Below, piece after piece: positions 1 to 8,157 of a DNA stretch of 64,000 bases (positions are counted from its first letter, which is position 1; each line of letters opens with the position of its first letter). The DNA is taken from the NCBI GenBank assembly GCA_963846435.1, contig CAWJVX010000007.1:393325-457324 (forward strand). Reading direction: 5' to 3'. Origin of the DNA: an uncultured Gemmatimonadales bacterium (GTDB lineage: Bacteria; Gemmatimonadota; Gemmatimonadetes; Gemmatimonadales; GWC2-71-9). The position numbers and the translations under genes were made by a program. The notes beneath the pieces were generated by a model that saw only the letters and a program-made list of their open reading frames with translations, was not told the origin of the DNA and did not search any database.

Positions 1-1
1 G

Positions 2-637
2 GCCATGACTATCGCCGCCCGCCGCATTCCCATCCAGATTCCGCGCAAGGTCATGGGCCGCGGCCGGATCCGGGAAGGGCAGAAGACGTTCATCCCCATC
101 CGGCTGATCACCGCGGGCGTCATGCCGATCATCTTTGCCCAGACGATCATCATCGTGCCGGGCACGATCGCGAGCTTCACCCAGAATCCCGTGCTCACCG
201 AGCTGGCCGGCTTTTTCCAGCCCGGCGATCTGCCCTACGATCTGGTGTTCGCCCTCCTGATCCTCGTATTCAGCTACTTCTATACCTCGATCATCTTCAA
301 TTCGGTCGATCTGGCTGAGAACCTGAAGAAGCAGGGCGGATTCATCCCGGGGGTGAAGCCGGGGGCCAGCACGGCGGACTATATCGACGGGGTGTTGGCC
401 CGCATCACCCTCCCCGGCGGCCTTTTCCTCGCCCTGGTCGCCCTGCTGCCGATCCTGGTCTCGAAGTGGATGAACATCCCCAACACCGGCTTCGGTGGCA
501 CCTCGGTTCTGATCGTCGTGGGCGTTCTCCTCGATACCATCGCTCAGGTCGAGCAGCACCGGACCCTGCGCAAGTACGACGGCTTCATGAAGACGGGGCG
601 GGTCAAGTTCCGGGGCCGACAGCAGCGGTATATGTAG
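2..637 (+). CDS. secY: preprotein translocase subunit SecY, C-terminal ~210 aa (5' end outside window)
   Basis: ORF 5..637 is open to the window edge. TM-rich translation (ITAGVMPIIFAQTIIIVPGTIA, GGTSVLIVVGVLLDT) and basic tail RKYDGFMKTGRVKFRGR are typical of the SecY C-terminus. It is followed by adk and map, as at spc operon ends. Confidence 0.9.
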   Translation, partial: AMTIAARRIPIQIPRKVMGRGRIREGQKTFIPIRLITAGVMPIIFAQTIIIVPGTIASFTQNPVLTELAGFFQPGDLPYDLVFALLILVFSYFYTSIIFNSVDLAENLKKQGGFIPGVKPGASTADYIDGVLARITLPGGLFLALVALLPILVSKWMNIPNTGFGGTSVLIVVGVLLDTIAQVEQHRTLRKYDGFMKTGRVKFRGRQQRYM

Positions 638-641
638 AACC

Positions 642-737
642 GCGTGAGCGGTGAGCGGTAAGCAGTGAGCGGGGACGACCGACGGGATCCTGTCGAATCG
701 CCCCGCTTACCGTTCACCGCTTACCGCTTACGCTTTT
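642..737 (+). repeat. inverted repeat of tandem heptamers (GTGAGCG-type x4 / CGCTTAC-type x4) forming a ~33-bp hairpin followed by TTTT
   Basis: Left arm 642-674 GCGTGAGCGGTGAGCGGTAAGCAGTGAGCGGGG; right arm 701-733 CCCCGCTTACCGTTCACCGCTTACCGCTTACGC. Hand pairing gives 27 Watson-Crick + 4 G-U + 2 mismatches. T-run at 734-737. Confidence 0.8.
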
Positions 738-747
738 CCGGAGCTAT

Positions 748-1311
748 ATGGATATCCTACTCATGGGTCCTCCTGGGGCCGGGAAAGGCACCCAGGGCGC
801 CCTGCTGGCCGAGGCTCGCGGCGTGCCCAAGTTCGCCACCGGTGACCTGCTGCGCGATGCGGTCACCCGTGGTACCCCGCTCGGGCTCCGGGCCAAGCAG
901 GTCATGGAGGCGGGTCATCTGGTCAGCGATGACATCATCCTGGGCATTGTCCGGGACGAGCTGGGCAAGCCGGGAGCTGCCCAGGGCGTAATTTTCGACG
1001 GGGTGGTGCGAACCATCCCGCAGGCCGAGGGAGTGGAGCGCCTCCTGGCCGAGAGGGGCCGCCGCATGGATGCCGTGCTGTTCTTCGATGTGTCGGACGA
1101 CGAGATTCTCACCCGGCTCGCCAAGCGGCGTGCCGTCGAGAAGCGGGCCGACGACGACCCTGAGGCCGTCGCCACCCGGCTTCGCGCCTACCGGAAGCAG
1201 ACCGCCCCCGTGCTCGATTGGTATCAGCAGCGAAACCTGGTTCACCGCATCCCCGCGGCGGGCTCCGTCGAAGAGATCGCGGAGCGGGTCCGCCGGGCGC
1301 TTGGCAACTAA
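748..1311 (+). CDS. adk: adenylate kinase (short form, no zinc-lid cysteines)
   Basis: P-loop GPPGAGKGTQ, then ATGDLLR and VSDDII motifs. 187 aa. GGAG lies 4 nt upstream of the ATG. Located between secY and map. Confidence 0.95.
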   Translation: MDILLMGPPGAGKGTQGALLAEARGVPKFATGDLLRDAVTRGTPLGLRAKQVMEAGHLVSDDIILGIVRDELGKPGAAQGVIFDGVVRTIPQAEGVERLLAERGRRMDAVLFFDVSDDEILTRLAKRRAVEKRADDDPEAVATRLRAYRKQTAPVLDWYQQRNLVHRIPAAGSVEEIAERVRRALGN

Positions 1312-1312
1312 C

Positions 1313-2065
1313 ATGATCACCCTGAAGTCCCCCCGTGAGGTCGAGATCATGGGCCGGGCGGGACGGATCGTGGCCGGCACGTTGGCGCGAATGGGGGAGA
1401 TTCTGCGGCCCGGGATGAGCACCGAAGATCTCGATGCCGAGGCGGAGCGGTTCATCAGGAGCCATGACGGAGCTGTTCCGTCGTTCAAGGGGCTATACGG
1501 CTTTCCCAAGACCCTGTGCATCTCCATCGATCAGGAGATCGTACACGGTATTCCGTCGCCTCGGCGGGTATTGGGGGAGGGGAGCATTGTGAGCGTGGAT
1601 GTGGGGGTGCACTTGGAAGGCCTCCACGCCGACTCGGCCACGACCCTACCGGTGGGGCGGGTAGACCCGGAGGCGGAACGACTGCTGCGGGTAACCAAGG
1701 AATCGCTCGCGGCCGGCATCGCCGAGGCGCGTATCGGTAATCATGTCGGAGATATCGGACACGCGGTCCAGCGGGTGGCCGAGGGAGCGGGCTACGGTGT
1801 GGTGCGGGAGCTGGTGGGTCACGGAATCGGAGCCCGCTTTCATGAGGAGCCTCAGGTGCCCAATTACGGCTCTCCCAAGCGGGGTCCTCGCCTGCTCGAG
1901 GGAATGACGTTGGCCATCGAGCCGATGATCACGATAGGCAGTCCGGCCACCAAGACGCTCGCCGACAAGTGGACCGTGGTGACGGCCGATGGAAGTCTGT
2001 CGGCCCACTTCGAGCACACCGTGGTTATCACCGCCAACGGGCCGCGGATCCTGACGACTACCTGA
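1313..2065 (+). CDS. map: type I methionine aminopeptidase
   Basis: In-frame ATG at 1313 inside ORF 1070..2065 gives MITLKSPREVEIM. Metal-ligand context: VHGIP, DVGV..EGLHADS, GHGIGARFHEEP, LAIEPM, EHTV. Confidence 0.95.
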   Translation: MITLKSPREVEIMGRAGRIVAGTLARMGEILRPGMSTEDLDAEAERFIRSHDGAVPSFKGLYGFPKTLCISIDQEIVHGIPSPRRVLGEGSIVSVDVGVHLEGLHADSATTLPVGRVDPEAERLLRVTKESLAAGIAEARIGNHVGDIGHAVQRVAEGAGYGVVRELVGHGIGARFHEEPQVPNYGSPKRGPRLLEGMTLAIEPMITIGSPATKTLADKWTVVTADGSLSAHFEHTVVITANGPRILTTT

Positions 2066-2067
2066 CC

Positions 2068-2712
2068 TCACCCCACCCGGTCCTCCAGCAGCAGCTGCAC
2101 CCGCATTTCCGCCGACTCCACCTGTTCCAGCATCGTCCACGCCGTGTCGATCAGCACTCGAGCCTCATCGGGCCAGCGCGCGGCCTTGAGGTTGCTGCGA
2201 ATGCTCCAGTAGGCGCTCCGGCTGGTCGCGGCGGCGAGAAAGCTCGCCGCCGCGGCGTCGCCGATCGCGGTGGCGAGCCCCGATCCCGCCATGGCTTCGG
2301 CCAGCTCGGCCACCTCCGCCGCCTGGTGGAGAAGCTCGAGCTGCACCCGGGCCGCCTCGATGAGGGCCGCGCGCTTGGCCGCCTCCCGGGCGGTGCGCTC
2401 GAACTCGGTTGCCTGGGGCAGGCCGAGAGCATCCATGTATTCGGCTACCGCCACCGCATCGAGCGTTGCCATGTCCAGGAGATCGGCCCGCAGGATCTCG
2501 GCCCGCTCCAGCGCGGCCCGGGCATGATCGTGCACCGCGGCGTACTTCTCCCGGCGGGTGGTGAGCCCGGCGACCATCGCCACCAACGAGGCAGAAAGCG
2601 CGGTGGCGAGTGCGGCCACGGCTCCACCCGCCGGCGTGGAGGTGGCGGCGGCCACCGCATCCGACCAAGCCTGTACCGAGTTGTCCGAAGTCAGGATGCC
2701 TTCGTCGTCCAT
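2068..2712 (-). CDS. cyclodeaminase/cyclohydrolase family protein (FTCD C-terminal-like, formimidoyl/methenyl-THF)
   Basis: 214 aa all-helical protein. N-terminal pattern STPAGGAVAALATALSASLVAMVAGLTTRREKY matches the PGGGS..AL..AL...L..MV...T motif of FTCD_C family proteins. Confidence 0.7.
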   Translation of the reverse strand: MDDEGILTSDNSVQAWSDAVAAATSTPAGGAVAALATALSASLVAMVAGLTTRREKYAAVHDHARAALERAEILRADLLDMATLDAVAVAEYMDALGLPQATEFERTAREAAKRAALIEAARVQLELLHQAAEVAELAEAMAGSGLATAIGDAAAASFLAAATSRSAYWSIRSNLKAARWPDEARVLIDTAWTMLEQVESAEMRVQLLLEDRVG

Positions 2713-2728
2713 TCTGCCTCTGGGTGAA

Positions 2729-3514
2729 TTATCGACGATTGAGTGTCTCGAGCAGCCAGGCGTGGATGGCAGGATTACCGGCGACCACCTCGGTGTGCTC
2801 GATGCCGATGTTTCGGCCTGAGAAATCGGTCACCACTCCACCTGCCTCCCGAATCAACAGCGTGCCCGCCGCGATGTCCCAGGCAGACAGTCGTTGCTCC
2901 CAGAAGCCGTCGAACCGGCCTGCCGCCACGTCGGCAAGGTCCAGGGCCGCCGCGCCGGGGCGACGTATGCCGCTGGTCGCCCGGGCAACCCTCGCGAACT
3001 GCGCCTGATACGCCTCCAGCCGTGACACGTCACGAAAGGGGAAACCGGTGCCGATGAGGGCGAATTCCGGGTCCTCGATGCCGGAGACGGTGAGCCTCTC
3101 GCTGCCGAGCCAGGAGCCACCGCCTCGAGCCGCGGCGTAGATCTCGTTGCGAGGTACCTGGAGCACGACTCCCGCCTCGAGCACACCATTGAGCGCGGCG
3201 GCGATCGAAACGGCGTAGCTGGGGAAACCGTGCAGGAAGTTCGTGGTTCCGTCCAGCGGGTCCACAATCCAGACCAGGCCATCCGTCAGGACCGTAGGAG
3301 TCAACTCCTCCCCGATCATGCGGGCGCCCGGCTCCGCCGCCAGCAGGATGTCGCTGATCATCCGCTCTGCCGTCCGATCGACCTCGGTCACGAAGTCGCG
3401 GCTGCCCTTCTGGGCCCATCGGCTCGGATCGGCCGGCCGCTCGACGCCCCGAAGGTACTCGCCGGCCCGGTCGGCGGCGTTCCTGGCCAGATGCAGTAAG
3501 TCTAAGGCAGACAC
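2729..3514 (-). CDS. suhB: inositol monophosphatase family protein
   Basis: Signature WIVDPLDGTTNFLHGFP plus C-terminal WDIAAG motif. 261 aa. Confidence 0.9.
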   Translation of the reverse strand: MSALDLLHLARNAADRAGEYLRGVERPADPSRWAQKGSRDFVTEVDRTAERMISDILLAAEPGARMIGEELTPTVLTDGLVWIVDPLDGTTNFLHGFPSYAVSIAAALNGVLEAGVVLQVPRNEIYAAARGGGSWLGSERLTVSGIEDPEFALIGTGFPFRDVSRLEAYQAQFARVARATSGIRRPGAAALDLADVAAGRFDGFWEQRLSAWDIAAGTLLIREAGGVVTDFSGRNIGIEHTEVVAGNPAIHAWLLETLNRR

Positions 3515-3553
3515 TATCTTGCGTGCCCACTTTCAGCAGGGTAAGTTGCCGAC

Positions 3554-4564
3554 ATGCCACGAATTTTCTCAGGGATTCAACCCTCCGGCGAGCTGCACAT
3601 CGGCAACTGGCTCGGGGCGGTACAGAACTGGGTCAACCTTCAGCGCAGCTACGAGTCGCTGATCTGCATCGTGGACCTCCACGCCATCACCGCCAAGTAT
3701 GACAAGGACACCCTCGCCCAGCGGACCCGTGATATGGCGATCGGACTGCTCGCGGCGGGAATCGATCCCGGGCAGGCCACCCTGTTCGTCCAGTCCCATG
3801 TGCCGCAACACTCTGAGCTTCAGTGGCTTCTGAATAGTGTCACCCCGCTCGGCGAGCTGGAGCGGATGACCCAGTTCAAAGATAAGTCGCAGAAGTTCGA
3901 GAGCGTGCCGGCCGGACTGTTGAACTACCCGGTCCTGATGGCAGCCGACATCCTGCTGTATCGCGCGGATCTGGTACCGGTGGGAGAGGATCAGGTTCAG
4001 CATCTCGAGCTCACCCGCGAGATTGCACGGAAGTGGAATGCGGAATTCGGGCGGGGTGACCACTTCTTTCCCGAGCCCCAACCCATTCTAACGGAGGCCA
4101 AGCGAATCACCGGCCTGGATGGCCAGGCCAAGATGTCCAAGAGCCTGGGCAACACCATTGGGCTGCTGGACACCCCCGACGAGATCTGGCAGAAGCTGCG
4201 GCCGGCCAAGACCGACCCGGCCCGGGTCACCCGGAAGGATCCGGGGAACCCTGACATATGCAACATTTTTCATCTGCACAAGTATTTCTCCCCGCCGGAG
4301 ACCGTTTCCCTGGTCGCGGAGAACTGCCGGGGGGCCAAATGGGGGTGCCTCGACTGTAAGCGGGTGCTGGCCGATAATATGATCGCCACCCTCGCGCCCA
4401 TCAGGGAGCGGGCGTTGCAGCTCCAGGAGGAGCCGGGCCGGGTAGATGAGATCCTGGCGGACGGCGCCTCGGCGGCTCGGCGGTGGGCTTCCGACACCAT
4501 GCGGGAGGTGCGGGATCGGATGGGGTTCCTTCCGGCCCGCGGCAAGCCTGCGGTGCTCGCGTGA
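3554..4564 (+). CDS. trpS: tryptophan--tRNA ligase
   Basis: Class I motifs GIQPSGELHIGN (HIGH-type) and KMSKSLGN. 336 aa. Confidence 0.95.
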   Translation: MPRIFSGIQPSGELHIGNWLGAVQNWVNLQRSYESLICIVDLHAITAKYDKDTLAQRTRDMAIGLLAAGIDPGQATLFVQSHVPQHSELQWLLNSVTPLGELERMTQFKDKSQKFESVPAGLLNYPVLMAADILLYRADLVPVGEDQVQHLELTREIARKWNAEFGRGDHFFPEPQPILTEAKRITGLDGQAKMSKSLGNTIGLLDTPDEIWQKLRPAKTDPARVTRKDPGNPDICNIFHLHKYFSPPETVSLVAENCRGAKWGCLDCKRVLADNMIATLAPIRERALQLQEEPGRVDEILADGASAARRWASDTMREVRDRMGFLPARGKPAVLA

Positions 4565-4615
4565 GCGTGGTAGCCGCGGCTAAGCCCGAGCTTTCCCCAA
4601 TTGTGGCGGACACAC

Positions 4616-5704
4616 ATGGAGAAGATCATCAAGGCGGCGGTCGAGCGCGGCGCCTCGGACCTGCACATCAAGGCGGGAGACGTCTTCCGGGCGCGGATCA
4701 ACGGCAAGCTGGTGGCGCTCACCAAGCAGCGGCTGACCCCGGATCAGACGAAAGCCATCGCGCTGAAGCTGATCAGCAGCGACGAGGACCGGGCCAAAAT
4801 CGAACGCCTCCGCGATTTCGATTGCTCCTGGGGTATGCCGGGCGTGGGCCGCTTCCGGGTCAACGTTCTGCGGCAGCGCTCTTCTTTCATGATCGTGATG
4901 CGGGTCATCCCGTTCACCGTGCCCACCATCGAGTCGCTCCGCCTGCCCGAGGTGCTCAAGCCGATATCCGAGGCCGACCGGGGGCTGGTGCTGGTCTCTG
5001 GAGTGAGTGGCAGTGGAAAGAGCTCCACGGTCGCGGCCATGGTCCATCACATCAACCGCACCCTGCACAAGCATGTGGTTACCATCGAGAATCCGATCGA
5101 GTTCCTCCACCGGGACCTGAGTTGCTCCATCACTCAGCGGGAAGTCGGGGTGGACACCGAGAGCCTCGCGATCGGGCTCAAGGCGGCGCTGAGGCAGGAT
5201 CCGGACGTGGTGGTGTTGGGCGAGATGGCCGATGCTCCGACCATAGACACTGCCCTCAAGGGAGCGGAGACGGGCCGGCTGGTTATTGCCACCATGACAA
5301 CCCCGGATGTGGTCACGACCATCGAGCGGCTGATAGCCACATTGCCCGCCGAGGAGCGGGAGATCGGGCGGATGCGGTTCTCCGAGGCGGTGCATGCGAT
5401 CGTGTCGCAGCAGCTGCTCCCTCAGAAGGACGACAAGGGGCGGGTTCCGACAGTGGAGGTACTGATCGCCACGCCGGCGGTCCGGGAGTGCCTGAAGGAT
5501 GCGACCAAGACCGGGCAGCTGAAGCGCATCATGGCGGACGGCCGGAAGGAACTCGGCACCCAGACCTACGACCAACACCTCGCGGAGCTGGTCGAGACCG
5601 ACCAGATCACCGCCGACACCAAGCGCGCGGCCTCGGCCACCTCCGGTCCGCCCGCGGCCATTACGTACTCCCGGCGCGGGCCGGGCAAAGCAGTCTCGAA
5701 GTGA
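4616..5704 (+). CDS. pilT: type IV pilus twitching-motility ATPase PilT family
   Basis: N-terminus MEKIIKAAVERGASDLHIKAG, Walker A GVSGSGKSST, Walker B-like VVVLGEM. ORF opens at TTG 4601; ATG 4616 fits the family N-terminus better. Confidence 0.85.
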   Translation: MEKIIKAAVERGASDLHIKAGDVFRARINGKLVALTKQRLTPDQTKAIALKLISSDEDRAKIERLRDFDCSWGMPGVGRFRVNVLRQRSSFMIVMRVIPFTVPTIESLRLPEVLKPISEADRGLVLVSGVSGSGKSSTVAAMVHHINRTLHKHVVTIENPIEFLHRDLSCSITQREVGVDTESLAIGLKAALRQDPDVVVLGEMADAPTIDTALKGAETGRLVIATMTTPDVVTTIERLIATLPAEEREIGRMRFSEAVHAIVSQQLLPQKDDKGRVPTVEVLIATPAVRECLKDATKTGQLKRIMADGRKELGTQTYDQHLAELVETDQITADTKRAASATSGPPAAITYSRRGPGKAVSK

Positions 5705-5720
5705 CCCGCGAAGCCGGCAC

Positions 5721-6791
5721 GTGCCCTCGCTGAAGGAAATTGCCCTCCAGGTACTCGCGCTCCCCCGTGAAGCCGGAACCCCCGAGGCAGCCAAAGCACG
5801 CGAGCTAGTCGCCACCTACCTGACCGGGCTCGGCTATACCGTAGTCACGCAGGGCTTCACCTTCGCTCCGTCCAGCCTCAGGGCTTTCCCCATCTTCGGC
5901 GCCGGGCTCGGCGGACTCGCGCTGGTGCTGTTTCCCTTTCTGGCCTCCGGCGGGTTGCCGCACTGGGCGGCGCTCGCACTCTGGATCAGCGGGCTCCTCG
6001 CCCTGACCGCTGTTGCCACCGGCGTCGGGCTGGGTTGGGTGTACCTCGGGGAGGGGCTTCGGGAGGACGCCAATCTGATCGCGACTCGGGGGCAGAGCCC
6101 GCCCAGACGGTGGGTGGTGGCGCACCTCGACTCCAAGGCCCAGGGGCACTCCATGGCAGGCCGGCTGGTGGCGGTGTGGATAGCGGGGCTGGCCATCGTG
6201 GCACTGACGGCGCTCGCTCTTGGCCGGCTCACCGGGCCGCTCGCACCAGGCCTGGCAGGCCTCGGCGCGGGTTTGGCCGTCGTGGCGGGCTTCCTCGCTG
6301 GGCGCGGCCGCCTCAGTGGCCGGTCCCAGGGCGCCCGGGACAACGGGACAGGAGTCGTGGCCGCCCTGGCGGCCGCGGGTGCACCGGATTCGACCGTGGG
6401 CATCCTCATCACTGGCGCGGAGGAGTTCGGTCTGGTGGGCGCCCGGGTGTTCGCGCAGCTCTCCTCCGGGCTGGGGGAAACCGAGTTCGTGAACGTCGAC
6501 ACCGTTGACCAGGAGGGAAGGCTGTACCTGGTCAGCCACGATGCCGGTGGCGAGCGCTTGGCACGGGCGGTGGAGCCGCAGCTGGCGGGCATGGGGCTGC
6601 CCCTGCGGCGTCGCCGGCTGCCCCTGGGGATCTTCGTGGACAGTGCTCCGCTGGCCCGGGTTGCTCCAGCCGTCACCGTCGGACGGCTCACCTGGCGCAC
6701 CCTGCGATGCATTCACACCCCGGCGGATACTCCGGCGGGGCTGTCGTTTCGCACCGCTGAACAGGTCGGCAGGGCCATCGCAGCGAATTGA
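5721..6791 (+). CDS. M28-family metallopeptidase-like protein with internal transmembrane segments
   Basis: Motifs VVAHLDSK, DNGTGVVA and TGAEEFGLVGARVF resemble M28 zinc ligands. Long hydrophobic stretches (FPIFGAGLGGLALVLFPFL, LVAVWIAGLAIVALTALAL) interrupt them. GTG start. Confidence 0.55.
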   Translation: MPSLKEIALQVLALPREAGTPEAAKARELVATYLTGLGYTVVTQGFTFAPSSLRAFPIFGAGLGGLALVLFPFLASGGLPHWAALALWISGLLALTAVATGVGLGWVYLGEGLREDANLIATRGQSPPRRWVVAHLDSKAQGHSMAGRLVAVWIAGLAIVALTALALGRLTGPLAPGLAGLGAGLAVVAGFLAGRGRLSGRSQGARDNGTGVVAALAAAGAPDSTVGILITGAEEFGLVGARVFAQLSSGLGETEFVNVDTVDQEGRLYLVSHDAGGERLARAVEPQLAGMGLPLRRRRLPLGIFVDSAPLARVAPAVTVGRLTWRTLRCIHTPADTPAGLSFRTAEQVGRAIAAN

Positions 6792-6830
6792 CGTTTTCTC
6801 GGGGCCACGATAGGTTTGCCCGAGGATTCA

Positions 6831-6861
6831 GGAGCCCCGCAAGGGGCTCCTTTGTTGTTTT
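6831..6861 (+). terminator. rho-independent terminator
   Basis: GGAGCCCC-GCAA-GGGGCTCC perfect 8-bp stem (6831-6850) followed by TTTGTTGTTTT. Confidence 0.8.
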
Positions 6862-6876
6862 ACCCAGGGAGCCGAC

Positions 6877-8157
6877 ATGTTCGACAAGAAGACCACCTGT
6901 CTGGTGGTCGTGGGTGCACAATGGGGAGACGAGGGCAAGGGAAAGCTGGTTGATGTGCTGGCGGAACGCGCCGACTTCGTGGTGCGCTACCAGGGCGGTG
7001 CCAACGCCGGCCACACCGTGGTGATCGGCGACAGCCAGTTCGTGCTCCGCCAGATCCCCTCAGGCATCCTGCATCGGAACGTCACCTGTGTCATCGGCAA
7101 CGGAGTCGTGCTCGAGCCGGAGAATCTCTTCGCCGAGCTCGATCAGCTAGGTGACCGCGGTATCGACACCACCGGCCGGATATTCGTCTCCGACCGGGCC
7201 CACCTCGTGCTCCCGTATCACAAACTGCTGGACGCCGCGAGTGAGCGGAGCCAGAACCTGGGCACCACGGGTCGCGGCATCGGCCCGGCCTACGAGGACA
7301 AATACGGCCGCCGTGGTATCCGGGTGACTGATCTTCGCCGGGTCGAATGTATCCAGGGTCTTCTGACCGACCGGGTGGATCGGGCCAACCGGCTGCTGGA
7401 AATGATGGGCAGCAGCGAGCGCGCCAGGTATGAGGACCATGCCGAGCTGCTCCAGCGCCTCGCTCCCAGGTTACTGCCGCTGGCGACCGACACCGGCCTC
7501 ATGGTGCACCGGGCGATCCGAGGCGGTCGCCGGGTGCTTCTGGAGGGGGCACAGGGCGCGCTCCTGGACGTGGATCACGGAACCTACCCCTACGTGACGT
7601 CGTCCAACACGACGGCCGGCGGAGCCGCGGTGGGGGCCGGCATCGGCCCCACGGCGGTCAACGGGGTGCTCGGTGTGGTGAAGGCCTACACCACCCGGGT
7701 GGGGAACGGCCCGCTGCCGAGCGAGGCGGAGAGCCCCTTTGGAGAGCGCCTTCGCCAGTTGGGCGGCGAGTTCGGCGCCGTCACCGGCCGGCCGCGCCGG
7801 TGCGGCTGGTTCGACGCCACCGTCGTTCGCTACGCCGCCCGAGTGAACGGACTGACCGGACTCGCCGTTACCAAGCTGGACGTCCTGGACTCATTTGCGG
7901 AAATCCCGGTCGGCATCGCGTACCGGCTGGATGGTGAGAGCTGCGAGGAAATGCCGGCCGAGGTGGAGGCGCTGGGCCGGGTGCGGCCGATCTACGAAGT
8001 GCATCCCGGCTGGCAGCAGCCCACTGGCGCGGCTCGTCGCCTGGCGGACCTTCCTTCGGCGGCAAGAGCCTATCTCGATCGCCTGGAGGCGCTATCCGGG
8101 GTGCCGGTGCGCTATGTGAGCGTCGGGACCCGCCGCGATCAGATAATTGAAGTATGA
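6877..8157 (+). CDS. purA: adenylosuccinate synthase
   Basis: GAQWGDEGKGK P-loop, GGANAGHT, GTTGRGIGPAY, TKLDVLD motifs. 426 aa. Confidence 0.97.
   Translation: MFDKKTTCLVVVGAQWGDEGKGKLVDVLAERADFVVRYQGGANAGHTVVIGDSQFVLRQIPSGILHRNVTCVIGNGVVLEPENLFAELDQLGDRGIDTTGRIFVSDRAHLVLPYHKLLDAASERSQNLGTTGRGIGPAYEDKYGRRGIRVTDLRRVECIQGLLTDRVDRANRLLEMMGSSERARYEDHAELLQRLAPRLLPLATDTGLMVHRAIRGGRRVLLEGAQGALLDVDHGTYPYVTSSNTTAGGAAVGAGIGPTAVNGVLGVVKAYTTRVGNGPLPSEAESPFGERLRQLGGEFGAVTGRPRRCGWFDATVVRYAARVNGLTGLAVTKLDVLDSFAEIPVGIAYRLDGESCEEMPAEVEALGRVRPIYEVHPGWQQPTGAARRLADLPSAARAYLDRLEALSGVPVRYVSVGTRRDQIIEV

Noticed and set aside
4580-5815. Long alternate-frame or antisense ORFs (for example 4580..5815 -, 12818..13963 -, 18130..19131 -, 47250..48434 -, 54029..55537 -, 57495..58442 -, 52245..53135 -)
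   Set aside because: They overlap well-supported conserved genes and have Arg/Pro/Gly/Ala-rich low-complexity translations typical of stop-poor non-coding frames in high-GC DNA. No family motifs were seen.
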